From: Raillietiella orientalis
Taxonomy: Eukaryota
Direction: 5' to 3'
Assembly (NCBI GenBank): GCA_036172245.1
Contig: JAYWIR010000015.1
Location: forward strand, 2,728,001 to 2,792,000
DNA: 64,000 bases
The translations under genes were made by a program, and so were the position numbers. The notes under the pieces were generated by a model. It worked only from the letters and a program-made list of their open reading frames with translations. It had not been told where the DNA came from and searched no databases. Positions 60,358 to 64,000 of the stretch are shown here, piece after piece. Each line of letters begins with the position of its first letter. The first letter of the stretch is position 1.

Positions 60358-63300
60358 TTGAGACAATGGAGATCTTCCTTCTATTTAGTTCAAAAGTTTT
60401 GTGCTGCCGAAGTCTTCATTGAACGCAGATTCTCCTTCCAGCTCGTGCTGTTGCACAGCGATGTAGCTGGAGCCAGGTGGGAACAGGGTTTGCCGCAGGT
60501 CGAAGAAAGATGCGTCCATCGAAGACGTCATCGAGCATTTGATTACTCCATCTCCTGGGAAACGATGGCCCTTTTTTTCTTGTTCCTTCCTGAAGTCTCG
60601 CCATAGGAAGAGTGGACAGCGTTCCGAGGATCATGTTTCTGTTCTTTTTTGGCTGCCTCCAGCCTTGAGCATGCGTCTCTTATCTTTGCTGGCATGCCTC
60701 CATGCTTTCGAGCCAGCAACGTCTCACACTCCAGCTAGAACGAGCCCCTGTCATTGCAAAGGGACAAGGGCTACAGCCATTGCTGTTTCGCGAGAGGGAC
60801 GGCGAGTGCATCCACTCGGGTAGCGTCCTCGAGAGCTCCACTCAGTCCCGCGTGCTCCCCCCCGTCTTGATGCTTCGGAAAGAGCAACAGTCTGTATCCT
60901 TATCCCGCTTTTGCAACTGGGCTGGCGACCAGTGGTTGCTGCGGATGACCGGATCGCCAAGCTGCGGAACAAATCCGGACGCTTCGCGCTCTCCGTGCCT
61001 CCTTCACGCTTCGGGCGGAGCGGGACGTCAGGAGGTCAAAAGCTGCAAGCAGCGTGAGAAGGAAGCGAGAGGGTTGCGCGTGCGACCTCCTTTCCAGCTT
61101 CCAGGAACTCTGGACCCTCCCGAATGGTTGCTCTCACATGGACCGTGGGTTCTCTTTCCCTGCCTCTCCATCGCTGAGCTCTGTTGTCCACGAAGGAAGA
61201 AACAGCAGTATGCGTGTACGCGGCGGATGATCCATGCCGCTTCCCTGTGCCCTGTGCCCGAGGTGGAAGCTGCACGTGCTCGGCGCTCCAGCCTCAGAAG
61301 CGTTGTGCACGGACACACGTGCACGTGAACGTCGCACACAGTGACAGTGTTCAGCCTTGAACGACGGAAGGGATCACAGGTAAAAATCATCTTCAGTACC
61401 ATTATTATGTGCATATAGTACCAGCACACCAAAAATTGTACTTTTTTTTTTTTTCGAACGGATGTGAACCACCCAGCGCTGAGTTTCCGTTGCATAGAAA
61501 CCGCTGCAACCAGAGCTCCGAGCTCCCTCTGCGTTTCACCGTGCCGTACCCACTGCACAATGGGAAACCGTCTGCAGAACAGCGACCTGCTCACTGCAGT
61601 CCCAGGAACTCATCTTCCGAACAGTCTTCTTCCCCCTGGCCCTCGCGAGGGAGGCTCCAGACTCTTGAGATCCCTCTCACGGAACGGTGGGCACCAGTGG
61701 ACAGGCAGAATGAAACCACCACCCCCGCCCTACATCCTCCCCCTTTCCCGTGCATTACCTTTTTCGTAAGACATGGTGAACCTGGTGTCATCGCCTGTCG
61801 CGGAGGCAGGCAGACCTCCGAGCGCCTGCTCCGAGGAGCCCGTGGGTAGGAGGGAAAGATGCACCCATCACTTTCACAGACGAGGGAAGAGTCGGACCTG
61901 TTCGGTGGTTACCGCTTTTTTTTCCCCTTTTTGGACCGATTCTAGGACCTCCTCTCTACCTCTCGGACCAGTCCGACCCGGCACCATCGTCACAGATACC
62001 TTCCTTCCTACTTTCCTATTCATCTCGTTTCCTTCCCCCCTCAGTTCCTTTCCTTCTTTCTGGAGACACCGCCACCTTCCTCCTGCCGTCTGAGCAGGAC
62101 TCCGAAGAACCGAAAGAGGACAATGGTCGAAGTGGCGGGAGCGCGAGCAGCGCTCGGCGAGCGCAAACCATGGCGACTCGCACCCTATCCAAGGAACGCC
62201 CGGAGCGGAAGGAGGGCGAGAGCGCACTCCCCCGCGCGATCCCCCGGGAAATCCAGCTACCATCGCTTCTCTAGGAAACGGGAGCAAGCGGCGGCTCCTG
62301 GGCGTCCCCCTGCCACCACATGTGCACGCACCCCCACACCTCGTTTTTTCCAATTGACTTTCCTTCCTTGGGCGACCGGTGAGGTCAGCGCCCCATGGAG
62401 GCAAGCGTTTCGGGATTCGCTTCTCCGAGGAGGAAAAGGGCAAGGGGCCTGACATCCTGACCCGAGGTCTTCCCCCGCTCTCTCCGATTCTCCCTCGGCT
62501 ACCCCTGCTCGAAATCCAGGTCGCAGGAAGCGTCATCCCGCGTCCGATCCGTGAGAAAACGGGATGCTCCCGTTCGTTGAACCTCAGACCCCGAGGCAGT
62601 TTTTTTTTTTTTCTCCCAGGGATCCGGTTCCCGGCTACATCCCTTTCTCCACTGGAGAGACGGCGGACTTCAGGATGCAGGAACTCTGCCGCCACTGATC
62701 GGTAAGCTCTGGATGGATGGGAATAGCAGGAAAAGGTCGAGACGAGGGGAACGAGGGAGTTATAGGGAAGGGTGAAGTGCCGAGAAGGGGAGGAGGCATC
62801 CCACCTCGACAGGACGAAGGGAGAGCCGGGAAGACCATCCTGCGCCTCCTTTCCCCTCGCCCCTCCCTGCTTCCCACGCTGCAGCGAAGCGCCCCATCCA
62901 AGCGGGTCTCCGCGGTGTTCGTGACGACGGGGGAAGATCCTTTTTAGGCTGGCAAGGTTTCGTCGATTGCCGGTGGTCCCCTGGAACCAGCCCTCCTTTT
63001 GTTCCTCTCCGCCGCCTCCATGGAAACAGCAATCTTCGAGGGGACTTCCCGAGCCCACCAGCAACGCGAGTCTTTCCCTACCAGACCCCTGTGCGCGTCG
63101 CTTAGCCATGAAAACGGCGAGTCGGGAAACAAGAAGGGGGCAGGGGGCAGGAAAGAGGAGGGCCAAGCCGAGTAGTCGCCGCCGCCTCCTCCAGCCATAC
63201 TGAAAATGAAAAACGGGAAGGAGTCGGTAGAGAGAGAGAGAGGAAAAAAAACATGGGACCAGCAAGGGAGGCGCGCGGGAGCGGGCGTCAAAGGGAAGCG

Positions 63301-64000
63301 CTCGGATCTTCCCAACGGGAGCGGTCGGGAGAATGATGACCTTCGTTTGTCGTCAGGTTCCGTTGCTGCCGCCCTCCCACACGCCCTGCTCTCGGTGGCC
63401 GTCTCCTCGCAGCACGCAGAGCGCACCCGCCACTCCTCCACCCTCGACTCCCCTTTCCCCATAGCCGCCGCCGCCGCCGCCTTGCCCCTTCCGCTCTTCG
63501 GCGGCGGCTGCATCTCCGTCGCTTAGCAACTCCTGCCGCCGCCAACGATGAGGCGCATCGACCCGTCCTCCTCCTTCTTCGTTTCCTTCCCTACAAAAAT
63601 GGGTGCGGTCCCTCGTTCGCCGCTCATCCTCCCCGGCGCTGTTCGATCCCGCTTCGTCTCCGGAGGAGGAACAGGGAAACGAAGAGTAGAAGCGGAAGGG
63701 AGGGGACGGGAAGGAGAGGCACTTCCAGCCAGCCTGAGCTCCCATCATCCCCTCTCCCGAGACTACGCTGGAACCACGGATGAGCACAGGATACTTTCGC
63801 TTCCGGCCTCCTACAGATCAGTTCCTGGCAGTGAGGCCGTCTCCCTCCACCCTCGACCCAGAGATCCCTAAGGACGGACCTTTCCGTGCCCTCCTCCTCT
63901 CCTCAGATCCCTTCTATCGGAGAGGAAGGGAACGGCGGCGCAAGGGGCGATTGTCCAAGCGATGGAGGCTGGTTCCGGCCCCGACAGGACCCTCCCTTCA

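Noticed and set aside
61874..63265. 463-aa minus-strand ORF (also the 348-aa ORF at 41411 and 306-aa ORF at 22752)
   Set aside because: Non-ATG start, Arg/Ser/Pro/Gly composition typical of random GC-rich DNA, and no domain motifs.
63949..63962. gattgtccaagcg resembling miR-219
   Set aside because: Partial match only; the remainder of the mature sequence and a hairpin partner are absent.

Overview
This is GC-rich eukaryotic (animal, probably protostome/arthropod) genomic DNA with many homopurine/homopyrimidine tracts. Nearly all ORF-track entries look like GC-driven spurious frames. Three genes are supportable, all on the minus strand. (1) An apparently intronless FoxC (crocodile-like) forkhead gene at 2056-3438. 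(2) A small two-exon secreted Gly/Tyr/His-rich (GGYGH)n protein at 31731-32114, with TATA-like box, 66-nt intron and AATAAA. (3) A FoxF (biniou-like) forkhead gene whose first coding exon is about 47707-49279 and whose 3' exon is uncertain. FoxF and FoxC lie in tandem about 44 kb apart, in the order and orientation of the ancestral bilaterian FoxQ1-FoxF-FoxC-FoxL1 cluster. Non-coding signals include matching forkhead-site plus TTTTACGAC modules 2-3.5 kb upstream of both Fox genes, an Abd-B-type/Pho motif cluster, a CATTGTT (Sox/Dmrt) cluster, a Ci/CRE/ETS module, AT-rich islands, a ~30-bp minisatellite and two young dispersed direct duplications (319 bp and ~470 bp). No RNA genes, CRISPR arrays or intact transposon ORFs were recognised.
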